Under the pieces are notes generated by a model. It ran no database searches. It was given only the letters and a program-made list of their open reading frames with translations, and had not been told where the DNA came from. Positions 19,399-29,433 of a stretch of 64,000 nt of DNA are shown piece by piece. Source of the stretch: Dehalogenimonas sp. (lineage in GTDB: Bacteria; Chloroflexota; Dehalococcoidia; Dehalococcoidales; Dehalococcoidaceae); contig JBOWAX010000005.1 of assembly GCA_050864255.1 (NCBI GenBank), positions 27,906 through 91,905 of the forward strand, read 5' to 3'. Both the position numbers and the translations under genes were made by a program. The stretch's first letter is position 1; each line of letters starts with the position of its first letter.

Positions 19399-20385
19399 AT
19401 GGAGAAGGAACTGACCACCGGTAAATTACGCGGCTTGCAGCAACTGGCGGATGCTCAGGGTTTGTTTATCATGACGGCCATGGACCACCGTGGCTCCTTG
19501 GAAAACGGGCTTTGCAGGGGACAGAATGCCGGTTGCTTCCAGGAGATGGTGGATTTCAAATTGGATTTGTGCCGTGCGCTGGCCCCGGTTTCATCTGCCG
19601 TTTTACTTGATCCCATCTACGGCGCCGCCCAAGCGATAACGGCCGGGGCTCTGCCCGGCAATACTGGGCTGCTGGTTAGTGTGGAGGCCACCGGCTATGA
19701 AGGGGGAAAAACCGCCAGAATCACCCGACTGTTGGACGGGTGGGGAGTGGAAAAGATCAAGCGCCTGGGGGCTTCCGCAGTCAAAATGCTGGTCTATTTC
19801 CGTCCGGATTCAGGTGATCTGGCTGAGATCCAACTTGAGACCGTGGCCAAGGTTGCCGCTGAGTGCCAAGAACACGATATACCGTTTCTGGTGGAGCCGG
19901 TGAGTTATGCTCTTGATGGTGAGTCAAACGAGGAATACCGCGGTAAAAAAACCGAAATAGTTACGGGCACGGCAAAAATGATGACGGCGCTGCCCATTGA
20001 CGTGCTCAAAGCGGAGTTTCCCGCTGATATGACCCAGGTAACCGACGAAGGCCGGTTGCTGGAGGCCTGTCGGGCGCTGGATGAGGCCTCTGCCAAACCA
20101 TGGGTTATCCTCTCAGCCGGCGCGGATTTCCCTGTCTTCCGCCGCCAGGTGGAACTGGCCTGCCGGGCTGGGGCATCGGGATTTTTAGGCGGAAGGGCCA
20201 TCTGGCAGGAAGCAGTATCCATCACGGACCGTGAAGTCCGTCGGCGTTTTTTTGAAACCACTGCGCTTGAGAGGCTCAATGAGTTGATAGGACTGACCCG
20301 GGAGTGGGGTCGGCCGTGGTACCGCAGCCCGAAAAACGCTCCAATACAACCCATGCCGGATGCAGATTGGTACCGGAACTATTGA
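19399..20385 (+). CDS. Class I aldolase of the tagatose-1,6-bisphosphate aldolase (LacD/DeoC-like) family
   Basis: N-terminal GKLRGLQQLADAQGLFIMTAMDHRGSL and the overall length are typical of this family. The substrate is unknown. Confidence 0.7.
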   Translation: MEKELTTGKLRGLQQLADAQGLFIMTAMDHRGSLENGLCRGQNAGCFQEMVDFKLDLCRALAPVSSAVLLDPIYGAAQAITAGALPGNTGLLVSVEATGYEGGKTARITRLLDGWGVEKIKRLGASAVKMLVYFRPDSGDLAEIQLETVAKVAAECQEHDIPFLVEPVSYALDGESNEEYRGKKTEIVTGTAKMMTALPIDVLKAEFPADMTQVTDEGRLLEACRALDEASAKPWVILSAGADFPVFRRQVELACRAGASGFLGGRAIWQEAVSITDREVRRRFFETTALERLNELIGLTREWGRPWYRSPKNAPIQPMPDADWYRNY

Positions 20386-20413
20386 CCTTCAGCCTTTGAT
20401 TACATCAAGTTAA

Positions 20414-21607
20414 TTATTCAGCCGGGCTGACGGTCACTGAGTCCAGCACGAAGATATTGTCCTTGTAACTGACTTCAACCACGCCGGGTAAACCCCGGAG
20501 GGTGTCATGGAACAGCATGGTTCGTTCCAGTGTCAGTTTAATGGTGGTGACGTGCCCGGAACCCGACACGGCGTTCAGACGGCATCCCTCGGCAGCCATC
20601 AGTTCTTCCTTGATAACGGCAATCGCTGACGCACTGAAACTATTCAATTTCAGCGTATAAATACCGGGTGCCGTTTCCCCTGTTGAGATGGTCTCAGTTT
20701 CCGGGATGGATGGTTCGGTTGTTTCAGCAGGTTCCGGAGCGGCTACTGGTTGTGGGGCGGGCAAAACAGGGGGTTTCCCCGCTTCTTTACTAGAGCGTTT
20801 CTCAACTTCAGCTTGTTCTTTAGCTTCCTGTGCCTGGCGCTCTTTGTCCAGTTTGGCCTGAATCTCGGCCTCTTTTTTAGCGCGCTTTTCAGCCTCGGCC
20901 TGTTCTTTAGCTTCCTGTGCCTGGCGCTCTTTGTCCAGTTTGGCCTGAATCTCGGCCTCTTTTTTAGCGCGCTTTTCGGCTTCAGCCTGTTCTTTGGCGG
21001 CGAGTTCGGCAGCGGCCTTGGCTTCTGCTTCTTCGCGGGCTTTGGCTTTAGCCTGTTCCCGGGCTTCTTTTTCCAAACGTTGTTTTTCTAGTTTGGCCTG
21101 GATTTCAGCTTCTTTTTGGGCACGTTTATCAGCTTCGGCCTGTTCCCGGGCTTCTTTTTCCAAACGTTGTTTTTCTAGTTTGGCCTGGATTTCAGCTTCT
21201 TTTTGGGCACGTTTATCAGCTTCGGCCTGTTCCCGGGCTTCTTTTTCCAAACGTTGTTTTTCTAATTTGGCCTGGACTGCCGCTTCTTTTTGGGCTTGTT
21301 TATCCGCTTCTGCTTTCAATCGGGCTTCATGTTCGGCCTGACGGCGGGCTTCTTCAGCCTCTCTGGCTTGTTGTTTTGCCAGCTCTTTCCGTTCCTTTTC
21401 CGACAATTCGGCAGGAGCTATTTTGGCATCAACAACCTGAGGTACTGCTTGTTTTAAGATTTTGGATTCCCCGGCTGATTCGCTTTCCTTTTCAGCCCTG
21501 AGTTTACGTTCAATCTCACCCGCCTCCAGTGCGTCACGGCGCTGTCTTTCAGCGGCCAGCCTTTCGGCTTCCTTTCGGATGCGCTCCTCAATGCTGCGTT
21601 CGTCCAT
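20414..21607 (-). CDS. E/K/A/Q-rich coiled-coil protein with 29-aa tandem repeats and a ~95-aa globular C-terminal domain
   Basis: EKQRLEKEAREQAEADKRAQKEAEIQAKL occurs three times and DKERQAQEAKEQAEAEKRAKKEAEIQAKL twice. No signal peptide or TM segment is visible. Confidence 0.8.
   Translation of the reverse strand: MDERSIEERIRKEAERLAAERQRRDALEAGEIERKLRAEKESESAGESKILKQAVPQVVDAKIAPAELSEKERKELAKQQAREAEEARRQAEHEARLKAEADKQAQKEAAVQAKLEKQRLEKEAREQAEADKRAQKEAEIQAKLEKQRLEKEAREQAEADKRAQKEAEIQAKLEKQRLEKEAREQAKAKAREEAEAKAAAELAAKEQAEAEKRAKKEAEIQAKLDKERQAQEAKEQAEAEKRAKKEAEIQAKLDKERQAQEAKEQAEVEKRSSKEAGKPPVLPAPQPVAAPEPAETTEPSIPETETISTGETAPGIYTLKLNSFSASAIAVIKEELMAAEGCRLNAVSGSGHVTTIKLTLERTMLFHDTLRGLPGVVEVSYKDNIFVLDSVTVSPAE
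20816..21316. repeat. In-frame 87-bp tandem repeat array (two sub-families) inside the coiled-coil gene
   Basis: Unit starts are at 20816, 20903 and 20990, and at 21056, 21143 and 21230. All are exactly 87 bp apart. Confidence 0.9.
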
Positions 21608-21745
21608 GGGAACCTCCCTGCACGATTTATAAGCCTGTTGGCTTGAAGTATAGAAGTCCGTAAGGAGGGTGTCAATAGTTTTTCATGGACCAGATGCAGA
21701 TAAAACGAGGGCATGCGGGGATAGCGAAGTGATGCAACCCGCCGA

Positions 21746-21952
21746 TTAACGGCTGCCGAGGTAATAATGCCAGTCTGGGTCAGTAACTTTTTTCGGCTGA
21801 CCAATCGAGCTGGATTCCGGCAGAGGAATCTGAAAACAACCGCCTTCGGGCAGAGCATAAAATACCCTTTTAACCTCGGGCTCCGACAATAACCCCAACG
21901 GGCGAACCCGCCCATTCAAGGACAACGGGCGCTGCTGATTATCAAATGTCAT
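21746..21952 (-). CDS. Hypothetical small protein (68 aa)
   Basis: The ATG at 21952 (MTFDNQQ) is preceded by GGAAGGTGAT at good spacing. I recognise no family. Confidence 0.45.
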   Translation of the reverse strand: MTFDNQQRPLSLNGRVRPLGLLSEPEVKRVFYALPEGGCFQIPLPESSSIGQPKKVTDPDWHYYLGSR

Positions 21953-22075
21953 ATTTATCACCTTCCCAGAGGGATTATAAATAACATTGAGTGGGATGGG
22001 AATAGGTATTTTTACTAATTTTGGAATAAATATTCAATTTCGGCGTGCCGGTGCTTTCAGATGTTATAATCAATC

Positions 22076-22399
22076 ATGGGCCGTAAAAAATCACGAAAAA
22101 CAAATATCACCGCCGCAGCCAGGGCTCAACCTTCGGGGACGAGCGTTGACTTCGCGCCGGAAATAGATCTTCATGCGCTAACGGTGATGGAAGCCCTGCC
22201 GAAGCTGGATGAATTTATCCATAATGCCTTTCAAGCGGGGCATTACAGAGTACGGGTGAATCATGGCAAAGGCACCGGGGTGTTGAAACTGGAGGTGAGC
22301 CGGTATCTCACCGCCCATCCGCTGGTTATCGGTCACCGGGCCTCCGATATTTGGCACGGCGGGTCAGGGGTGACCGAAGTGGATTTGAGTTACCGATAA
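22076..22399 (+). CDS. Smr (MutS2 C-terminal-like) domain protein
   Basis: IDLHALTVMEALPKLDEFI...VNHGKGTGVLK...GGSGVTEV matches the Smr domain pattern. Confidence 0.8.
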   Translation: MGRKKSRKTNITAAARAQPSGTSVDFAPEIDLHALTVMEALPKLDEFIHNAFQAGHYRVRVNHGKGTGVLKLEVSRYLTAHPLVIGHRASDIWHGGSGVTEVDLSYR

Positions 22400-22416
22400 G
22401 ACCGGGTTAGGGAAAT

Positions 22417-22929
22417 TCAGCCGGTATTTTCGTTCTGATAGATGCCGTCATAACCCTCGGTGGTGCCGGACAGCCGGAAGAACACCAGCTGCATTAATCG
22501 GGCGTTGTGTTCCAAAGTGATGCCGTCCCGGTTATAGACCACGATAAGTGACTGAGAACGCCCGGAATAACCGGCATCCCAGACCGCAGTATGAATGGCC
22601 GCACCGCAGCGGAGCAGACTGGAACGGGCCCGGCCCAGCGCCATGACATTCTTGGGCAGGCTGACTATCTCATTGTACGTGATTAGATAATTGCCGGCAG
22701 GCAAGTGAACCCGACCGGATTCATCATATGGTACGTCTGTCAGTGTTGAAAGTTTCCTTCCGGTGTTGCTGACCGGGATTATACCCTCACCCTCAATACT
22801 AAAGACCTCTTTCAAGGTCAAATCAATACCGTTGGGCTGTAACTGGGTTTCCAGGTCAAGATAGTCTGTCAGGAGCGGCGGTGAGCCGTGAATAAGCTGT
22901 AATAATTCTGTTTTAGCTAAGGCAGTCAT
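22417..22929 (-). CDS. dCTP deaminase/dUTPase-superfamily enzyme (Dcd/Dut-like)
   Basis: 170 aa. LQPNGIDLTL and GRARSSLLRCGAAIHTAVWDAGYSG resemble the trimeric dUTPase-fold motifs. Confidence 0.7.
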   Translation of the reverse strand: MTALAKTELLQLIHGSPPLLTDYLDLETQLQPNGIDLTLKEVFSIEGEGIIPVSNTGRKLSTLTDVPYDESGRVHLPAGNYLITYNEIVSLPKNVMALGRARSSLLRCGAAIHTAVWDAGYSGRSQSLIVVYNRDGITLEHNARLMQLVFFRLSGTTEGYDGIYQNENTG

Positions 22930-23012
22930 GCCGGAAAGTGTAGCACGGGCGGCGCGCCTCCGGCAACGGGTGGCCTATTGAGAAAAGCCTCAGGCTCTGC
23001 TAAAGTGGCCGC

Positions 23013-24269
23013 ATGAAACGGTTAAGGTTTCCGGTGCTGGGGATAAGCGGTTATCTCAAGATTACTATCCTCGGCCTGGGCCTGACCGCTTTATCCCAGA
23101 GTCTCCACGGCATCATCCTGCCCCTCCGGGTGTTGGATTTTGTCGGCGAAGCCGAAAAAAATACCGCCCTGGGAGCCTTGACCTTTGTCGGTCTGGTTAT
23201 CGCCATGCTGTCTCAGCCGGTAGCCGGTGCCCTGTCGGATTCTACTAACAGCCGTTGGGGACGGCGCAAGCCCTATGTCATCGGCGGCGGCATGGCGTTA
23301 TTGATACTTTTACCGGGCATCGGTTTGGCTGGGAGCCTGGGGGTTTTATTTTTGGTGTATTGCCTGATGCAGTTGGCAAGTAACACCGCCCAGGGTCCTT
23401 ACCAGGGTTACCTGCCGGAGTTGGTGGCGCCGCATTACCGGGGTCGGGTGTCTTCCCTCAAGTCACTGATGGAAATCATGGGCGGTGCGACGGCGGTGTT
23501 GGTGGTTGGGCGGCTGCTTTCCGGATATAGCACCGCTGATAATCAGGGTTTGGGAACGGCACTGGTCTTTTTATCGCTGTTAATCGCCCTGATACTGGTT
23601 TATCTGTGGCTGCGCCTTCAGGATCCGCCGGTCGTTCTGCCCCTGCCTAAATTTAAGAATCTCTTACTCAGTTACCGCTTTAATCTCCGTGAAGTGCCCG
23701 GTTTCGGTTGGTTTCTCGCCTCCCGTCTGCTGGTTCTTATGGCCGGAGCAACCATTCAGCAGTTTGCCCTTTATTATATCCGGGATGTTATTGGTGTGGC
23801 TGATCCGGCCGGGGCGACTGCCGGCTTTTTGATTGTGGCCGTGGCTGGCATGGCGCTGTCGGTTTTTCCGGCAGGCTATCTGGCTGACCGCTACGGCCGC
23901 TACCGTTTGTCCATGGTGGCGGCGCTCGTCGGGGCGCTGGGCATCTTGTTACTGATTATCTGGCCGACGGTGACCGCGGTGTATGTGGCGGCCGCTATCA
24001 CCGGATACGCCACCGGTACTTTTGTGGTGGTTAACTGGGCCTTAGCGGCGGATTTGGTGGTGCGCGGTCAGGAAGCCCGCTATCTGGCCATCGCCAACAT
24101 GGCTACGGCCGGCGGCGCTGCCCTGGCCCGGCTTATCGGCCCGGCCATTGATCACTTTAACGGGGTATCGGTTAATTTGGGTTACCAGGTGATGCTTTCA
24201 GCGGCGTTGCTTTATTTTATTGTCGGCGGGCTGCTGATACTTAAGGTCAGGCCGCCAGCCAGTCAATAA
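23013..24269 (+). CDS. MFS transporter
   Basis: About 12 hydrophobic segments, with GRRKPY between TM2 and TM3. Confidence 0.8.
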   Translation: MKRLRFPVLGISGYLKITILGLGLTALSQSLHGIILPLRVLDFVGEAEKNTALGALTFVGLVIAMLSQPVAGALSDSTNSRWGRRKPYVIGGGMALLILLPGIGLAGSLGVLFLVYCLMQLASNTAQGPYQGYLPELVAPHYRGRVSSLKSLMEIMGGATAVLVVGRLLSGYSTADNQGLGTALVFLSLLIALILVYLWLRLQDPPVVLPLPKFKNLLLSYRFNLREVPGFGWFLASRLLVLMAGATIQQFALYYIRDVIGVADPAGATAGFLIVAVAGMALSVFPAGYLADRYGRYRLSMVAALVGALGILLLIIWPTVTAVYVAAAITGYATGTFVVVNWALAADLVVRGQEARYLAIANMATAGGAALARLIGPAIDHFNGVSVNLGYQVMLSAALLYFIVGGLLILKVRPPASQ

Positions 24270-24879
24270 CCTGGTCCCAGCCCAGCGCGCCGGCCCAGGC
24301 CAGGAAAATGTAGAGGATGCTGCGGCCCAGGAAACAGGCGATGAAGAACTTGCGGGCCGGGAAACGCATGACTCCGGCAGTGATGCCGGCCACATCAAAG
24401 ATCAAAGGTGCCGCCGACAGCCCGAAGATGGCCCACATGCCGTACCGGTCCAGCCAGCCGTGAACCCGTTTGTACCACTTGTGATGCTGCGGCACCACCG
24501 CCCTGCCGGAAAAGCCGGCCAGATAACCGGTCATTTCACCTATCGCGGCACCCAGCGCCGCGGCCAGTCCGACAAAAGTGGGCGCCGGCATAGTCGCTCC
24601 CAGGGCAGCCAGCACCAGAAAATTACCGGCCGGCAGGACAACTGTGGCATTAAGCAGGGCGCTGATTAGAAAGGCGCCTAGATAGCCGTATTCCTGAAGC
24701 CTTTCGGCCAGGTCAGGATTGGAATTATAGACATACAGCACACCGCCGACAATGACGACGACAAATACGATGGACAGTATCGGCAGCAACCGTCGCTGCA
24801 CCCAGCCGCTGCTGTCTGCCAGATGTTCGTCGGCCGGGGGTTTGAAGCTTTCGGGAGAATCAGGGTTGCTCATCGGCAA
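24247..24879 (-). CDS. DedA/VTT (YqaA-like) family membrane protein
   Basis: GYLGAFLISALLNATVVLPAGN plus 4-5 TM segments. There is a 23-nt convergent overlap with the MFS gene. Confidence 0.65.
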   Translation of the reverse strand: MPMSNPDSPESFKPPADEHLADSSGWVQRRLLPILSIVFVVVIVGGVLYVYNSNPDLAERLQEYGYLGAFLISALLNATVVLPAGNFLVLAALGATMPAPTFVGLAAALGAAIGEMTGYLAGFSGRAVVPQHHKWYKRVHGWLDRYGMWAIFGLSAAPLIFDVAGITAGVMRFPARKFFIACFLGRSILYIFLAWAGALGWDQVIDWLAA

Positions 24880-24907
24880 TTATTTTAGCATAAACCGGGT
24901 TTGACGT

Positions 24908-24937
24908 TTGTCAGTGAACAGTATTTTTTGCTATACT
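24908..24937 (+). promoter_or_regulatory. Possible promoter of tRNA-Glu
   Basis: TTGTCA, an 18-nt spacer and TATACT, ending 14 nt before the tRNA. Confidence 0.35.
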
Positions 24938-24951
24938 ACTCCGGTTACCGT

Positions 24952-25024
24952 GCCCCCATCGTCTAGTGGACTAGGACAACGGCCTTTCACGCCGTCAACA
25001 GGGATTCGAATTCCCTTGGGGGTA
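24952..25024 (+). tRNA. tRNA-Glu (anticodon TTC), no encoded CCA
   Basis: Hand-folded cloverleaf. The acceptor stem GCCCCCA pairs with TGGGGGT. The anticodon stem is CGGC/GCCG with loop CTTTCAC. The T arm is AGGGA-TTCGAAT-TCCCT and the discriminator is A. Confidence 0.9.
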
Positions 25025-25143
25025 TTCTAATTTCTTCCCCGTTTGGAATCTAATGATTCTGTGAATCAAAACTTCCCTGCCAATTTCCGAAGACTCAGCA
25101 GCTCGAGGGTGGAGTTACGCAAAGAAGGAATTATCTCGATCAA

Positions 25144-26334
25144 TTATGGTAGGCACTCATGCTTAGAGCCCGCTATTTTTGGTAGCTCAACCTCAATTGT
25201 TGTTCCCAAACCCACCTTTGATTTAATATTGAAGTCTCCTCCAAGCGTCATCACGCGTTCTCTCATACTATTGAGACCATTATTTTTATTAGACAAACTG
25301 CCATCAAAGCCTTTGCCTTCATCTTTGATGGTCAATGATATCCAATCGCCAGAATCCCGAATAGACACCTTCACCTCGTGGACTCCGGAATAGCGTATTG
25401 CGTTCGTGAGTGCCTCTTGGACAACCCGATAAATCGCCAACTTGAGTTCATTATCGAGTTTGATGCCTTGAAGGTCACACTGGAAGTCAATCTTTAATTG
25501 AGCTGTAGATTGCAGATTATCAAAAAGTGCCCGCAGTGTCGTCTCCAAACCCAATAGCGTCAACATGGAAGGATACAGGCCTGCTGAAAGATTACGGACA
25601 GAAGAAATAATTCGGCCGACGTGTTCTGAAGCTTTTTTGATTCCCTCTTTACAAGCTTCTGTTTGGCAGGCCATCTGGGTGTCGATTATTAATTTAAGGA
25701 CGGTTAATTGCTGGCCTATCTCATCATGCAGTTCCATGGAGATGTTCCGTCGTTCCTCTTCTTGAACGCTCAACAGTTTTCGGGATAGGTCACTTAGTTC
25801 AGTCCGTTGGCCGTTAAGCTTGTTCAGCATTTCCAATCGCTCAGTTACGTCCATGGCGGTAAGCAGGAAGTTTTCCCCATTTAGGCCGGTTCTGATAGCG
25901 GTGATTGCCACTTGAATCTCGGGATGATTATCTGGCTTGATAGCCACATCCACCGATTGTTGCGGGCGGTTTTGGCTGTGGATTTTGTTTAAATATATAT
26001 GAAATCTATCTTGGTCACCGGGAGCGATAAATCGTGTGAAACGTTCGTGATATAAATTGGTCGGGTTGCTGTTGAGCAGTAAGGCTCCTGAAGAATTTAT
26101 GAGGGTTATCATATGGTTTGAGTCAATGACCAGATAAGCCAATGGGGCTAAATTGAATAACTGACGATACAATTCCCGTGATTCTTCTAGTGCAGTTTCA
26201 GTCTCCCGCAGCATTTCATTCTGCATTTCCAACTCGGCCTGATATATCCGGAGTTCGGCCTCCAGTTTGTCGTACTTGTAGGCATGTTTTAACTGGGGTG
26301 CTGAATTTTCGGGCAACTTTTTGTCACGTGTCAT
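25144..26334 (-). CDS. Sensor histidine kinase (coiled coil, PAS, HisKA_3, HATPase_c)
   Basis: The H-box ELHDEIGQQLTVLK is typical of NarX/DegS-type kinases. ATPase N and G boxes are present (EALTNAIRYS, DEGKGF, GLNSMRERV). Confidence 0.88.
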   Translation of the reverse strand: MTRDKKLPENSAPQLKHAYKYDKLEAELRIYQAELEMQNEMLRETETALEESRELYRQLFNLAPLAYLVIDSNHMITLINSSGALLLNSNPTNLYHERFTRFIAPGDQDRFHIYLNKIHSQNRPQQSVDVAIKPDNHPEIQVAITAIRTGLNGENFLLTAMDVTERLEMLNKLNGQRTELSDLSRKLLSVQEEERRNISMELHDEIGQQLTVLKLIIDTQMACQTEACKEGIKKASEHVGRIISSVRNLSAGLYPSMLTLLGLETTLRALFDNLQSTAQLKIDFQCDLQGIKLDNELKLAIYRVVQEALTNAIRYSGVHEVKVSIRDSGDWISLTIKDEGKGFDGSLSNKNNGLNSMRERVMTLGGDFNIKSKVGLGTTIEVELPKIAGSKHECLP

Positions 26335-26358
26335 TATATGGCTCCAAAACTGAAATGA

Positions 26359-29283
26359 TTATTTTTTGTCAGCCGCTTCATCGGTAACATCTTCTATTGC
26401 CATGAGAATGTGGGGGGACCCGGTGGTTTTCAACAGCAACCGGGCGTTTATACGCATTTTTATTTTGCCGATGCCGGGGAAATTCAAGCTGATCGTGTAA
26501 TCCTCAAAACTACCCCCATCTTTCGAAATATTTTTGAGGCGTTTCCGGAGTTTGGGGACATCCCATTCCCGATTACCCAAATGATATATGCGTTGTCCCA
26601 CGGTGTCCTTGGGCGAAAGCTTGAATAATTGATAGAATGATTTGTTGGCCGAAACTACCCTCAAATCGCCATCTAATACAACCATTGATTCGCGAACAGT
26701 GTCTAACACATTCTTGGCTTGCTCGAGCGCTTTTTGGGTTAAAATACTTTCGTTAACATCCAAAACGGTAACTACCAGTCCGGCGATAGCTTTGTCAACG
26801 GTGCGGTAAGGTCTGATGCGGATCTGATAGGAGATACCTTCCTTGTCGCAAATCGTTTTCTCCAGGGGTACCAGTTTGTTGAGTACCTCCTTGGCATCCA
26901 GGAAAAAGTCTTCGTAAACAAGCATTGAGCTAATATCTTTCAATGGTCTGCCGATATCTGAGGTAATCATAGGGTAAAGTTTGATCGCGGCGCGCGAAAA
27001 GCTCTTGATACGCAAGTCTCGGTCTAGGAAAATCGCGGCGATATCGGTGTTATCAAGGAGGTTTCGGAGGTCATCAGATGACCGGGCAAGGTCTTCAATG
27101 CGGTTACGATCCTCAGCGTTTACTGATAGCAGCTCTTCGTTTAATGATCTTAACTCTTCGCGCGAGGTTTCCAGTTCTTCATTGGTGCTCTGCAATTCTT
27201 CATTAGATGACTGCAATTCCTCATTGGATACCCTGAGGTCTTCATTGGCCTTGGCCAGTTCCACCACATTAGCTTCCAAAGAATCCTGGGCAAATTTCAG
27301 TTCTTGTTTTAGGTTATCAACTCCGGAAACTGACTCTGTTGTGGCTTTGCTTGCCCCTTTTTGGCGGCTCTTGCTCTTCTTCTTGCCCAGATCGTGAAAG
27401 ATTACCAATATATTCTTACTCTTCAGGGAAATACGTCTGGCCTCCAGGGAAACCAGCCATGGTGTGCCTCCTTGCATCACGGTGATCGGCTCAGAGACCT
27501 GAGGTTTCTCCGGACTGTTTAGTGCTGCATGAATGATAATGGTCAGACGAGAACGTAGTTCATCCCGGGCCATATCCAAAGCATTCCATCTTGTATCGCC
27601 GGAGGCTAGACGAAGGTATTTTCCAGTATCTCCGGAGACGTAGAGTAGGTTGGCATTTTCATCAAGTAGAATGTAGGCGGGGGTATATTCATTGGCGACA
27701 ATATGCTTGGCCAGATCGGTAACATCACCGGTGGGTTGTGTTGGACTAGTAGTTTCTTTGGGGAACGATACAGGCGTTTTTGCAAAGATATGGGTGTTAA
27801 AAGGCGGTACCAGATGTGATGGTGAAGGTATATCAGTTTTCTTGTATAGCTTATGCTTTTGATCAGTCGCGGTGAAAAGCTCACTGTTTCCGACCGTTTC
27901 TGATTGACCCAAAAATAATAGACCTCTGGGGTTCAGAGAGTAGTGCATAAGCGCAAAAAGCTTCTTTTGTACTGCCGGATTTAGGTAGATGAGCAAGTTG
28001 CGGCAACAAATAATATCAAGATGGGTAAAGGGGGGGTCGGTCAGCACGTTATGATCGGCAAATACGATCGAATCACGGAGTTTTGGGTTAACTTGATAGG
28101 AATCATTGTGATGGATAAAAAACTTCTTCAGTCTGGTCGCGCTGACCTGAGAGGTGATAGATTCAGGATAAACGCCAAGGCGGGCGATGCTTACCGCCCG
28201 GTGGTTCAGATCGGTGGCAAATATCTGAAATGTCGAAACACTCTGGAGGTAATCTAGGATTTCCCGAAGTATAATGGTGATTGAGTAAGCTTCTTCCCCC
28301 GTTGAACATCCGATAACCCAAATCCGTAATGGTTTAGTCGCGGTACTCCCAGAGATATATTTGGTAAGATCATTCTTTAAAGACTCCCATGATTCGGTAT
28401 CCCGGAAAAAAGATGTGACATTGATTAAGATTTCCTGGAGCAGGGTCTCGGCTTCGTGTTTTTGTTCTTTAATCAGTTTTACATAATCGGATAATCTGGC
28501 AAGGTGATTTACTGTCATGCGCCTTTCGATGCGCCGGCTTATTGTTCCCATTTTATACATGGAGAAATCATATCCGGTATGATTCTGCAGAAGATAGAGT
28601 ATTTTAGAATAATAACTGCTTGTTAATTCCGGGTCCGACTCCTCAAACGTATTATAAGGATGGCGATAGAAATCCATCAGCTGTTTATACATCCCATCGA
28701 CAGGTACAACAGCATCGCTGAAAGCGGCCGCACTGGCAGGCATACCCTCAAACTTGGCACTGGCGGGATCCTGCGCTATCGTAAGACCGGCCGCTGCCTT
28801 GATGGCCTTTGTGCCGATGGTACCGTCTGTTCCGGTTCCCGACATAACAATACCGACAGCCCTCGGCCCAAGATCGTCAGCCATAGAAACAAAAAGCTCA
28901 TCAATGGGGTGGCGTAATAAACGGTCAGTCATTGTGGACAGCCGCAATTGATTATTGATGACACTGCAGGTAAAACCGGGAGGAACGACATATACGGTAT
29001 TGATTTGAGGAACTGTACCGTCTTTCACTTCAAGAACAGGCATCCGCGAGTGTTTGGAAATAATTTGAGGCAGACTGCTCTTATGGTCTGGGTCTAGATG
29101 CTGCATGACAACAAACGCCATACCGTTGTCACCCGGCATGGTTTCAAAAAAATCATTCAGTGCTTCAAGACCGCCTGCAGAGGCACCTATTCCAACGACG
29201 GGAATACCTGCCGATGCCTCTTTCTTATCCCCAGCAGGTGGTTTAGCAGCAACGGATTTCTGTGTTTTTTTTGTATTTGCCAT
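26359..29283 (-). CDS. CheB-like methylesterase / CheR-like methyltransferase fusion with coiled coil and C-terminal PAS domains
   Basis: Motifs are VVGIGASAGGLEAL (CheB-type), LRIWVIGCSTGEEAYS (CheR SAM site), an LxxELxxxNEEL heptad region, and PAS-like segments. Confidence 0.88.
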   Translation of the reverse strand: MANTKKTQKSVAAKPPAGDKKEASAGIPVVGIGASAGGLEALNDFFETMPGDNGMAFVVMQHLDPDHKSSLPQIISKHSRMPVLEVKDGTVPQINTVYVVPPGFTCSVINNQLRLSTMTDRLLRHPIDELFVSMADDLGPRAVGIVMSGTGTDGTIGTKAIKAAAGLTIAQDPASAKFEGMPASAAAFSDAVVPVDGMYKQLMDFYRHPYNTFEESDPELTSSYYSKILYLLQNHTGYDFSMYKMGTISRRIERRMTVNHLARLSDYVKLIKEQKHEAETLLQEILINVTSFFRDTESWESLKNDLTKYISGSTATKPLRIWVIGCSTGEEAYSITIILREILDYLQSVSTFQIFATDLNHRAVSIARLGVYPESITSQVSATRLKKFFIHHNDSYQVNPKLRDSIVFADHNVLTDPPFTHLDIICCRNLLIYLNPAVQKKLFALMHYSLNPRGLLFLGQSETVGNSELFTATDQKHKLYKKTDIPSPSHLVPPFNTHIFAKTPVSFPKETTSPTQPTGDVTDLAKHIVANEYTPAYILLDENANLLYVSGDTGKYLRLASGDTRWNALDMARDELRSRLTIIIHAALNSPEKPQVSEPITVMQGGTPWLVSLEARRISLKSKNILVIFHDLGKKKSKSRQKGASKATTESVSGVDNLKQELKFAQDSLEANVVELAKANEDLRVSNEELQSSNEELQSTNEELETSREELRSLNEELLSVNAEDRNRIEDLARSSDDLRNLLDNTDIAAIFLDRDLRIKSFSRAAIKLYPMITSDIGRPLKDISSMLVYEDFFLDAKEVLNKLVPLEKTICDKEGISYQIRIRPYRTVDKAIAGLVVTVLDVNESILTQKALEQAKNVLDTVRESMVVLDGDLRVVSANKSFYQLFKLSPKDTVGQRIYHLGNREWDVPKLRKRLKNISKDGGSFEDYTISLNFPGIGKIKMRINARLLLKTTGSPHILMAIEDVTDEAADKK

Positions 29284-29433
29284 TCGGCTACCTCAACAGT
29301 ATCACCCCTGCATTATAGCCCTTATTTGCAACGGTTGATAGATGGAACTACCGTGGAGGTATTGTTAGTTCGGATTTGGTCGTGATTTTTAATACCCGAA
29401 GACGAAGAGACACCCTCAAGCGAGATGTCATGG

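Noticed and set aside
20816-21316. Regularly spaced 87-bp repeats that might suggest a CRISPR-like array
   Set aside because: The units are contiguous with no unique spacers, are multiples of 3, and lie in frame inside a long ORF encoding 29-aa coiled-coil repeats. No cas genes are present.
20750-21341. Plus-strand ORFs of 113 and 115 aa rich in Phe/Leu/Ser/Ala
   Set aside because: They are antisense or frame-shifted readings of the repeat array, and their periodicity simply mirrors the 87-bp repeats.
21454-21915. 153-aa minus-strand ORF spanning the spacer upstream of the coiled-coil gene
   Set aside because: It overlaps both the start of the 20414-21607 gene and the better-supported 68-aa ORF in another frame. 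It has an Arg/Pro/Ser-rich unnatural composition and no SD.
25043-25393. 116-aa plus-strand ORF just after tRNA-Glu
   Set aside because: It mostly overlaps the 3' end of the histidine kinase gene on the opposite strand, and I see no SD or recognisable family.
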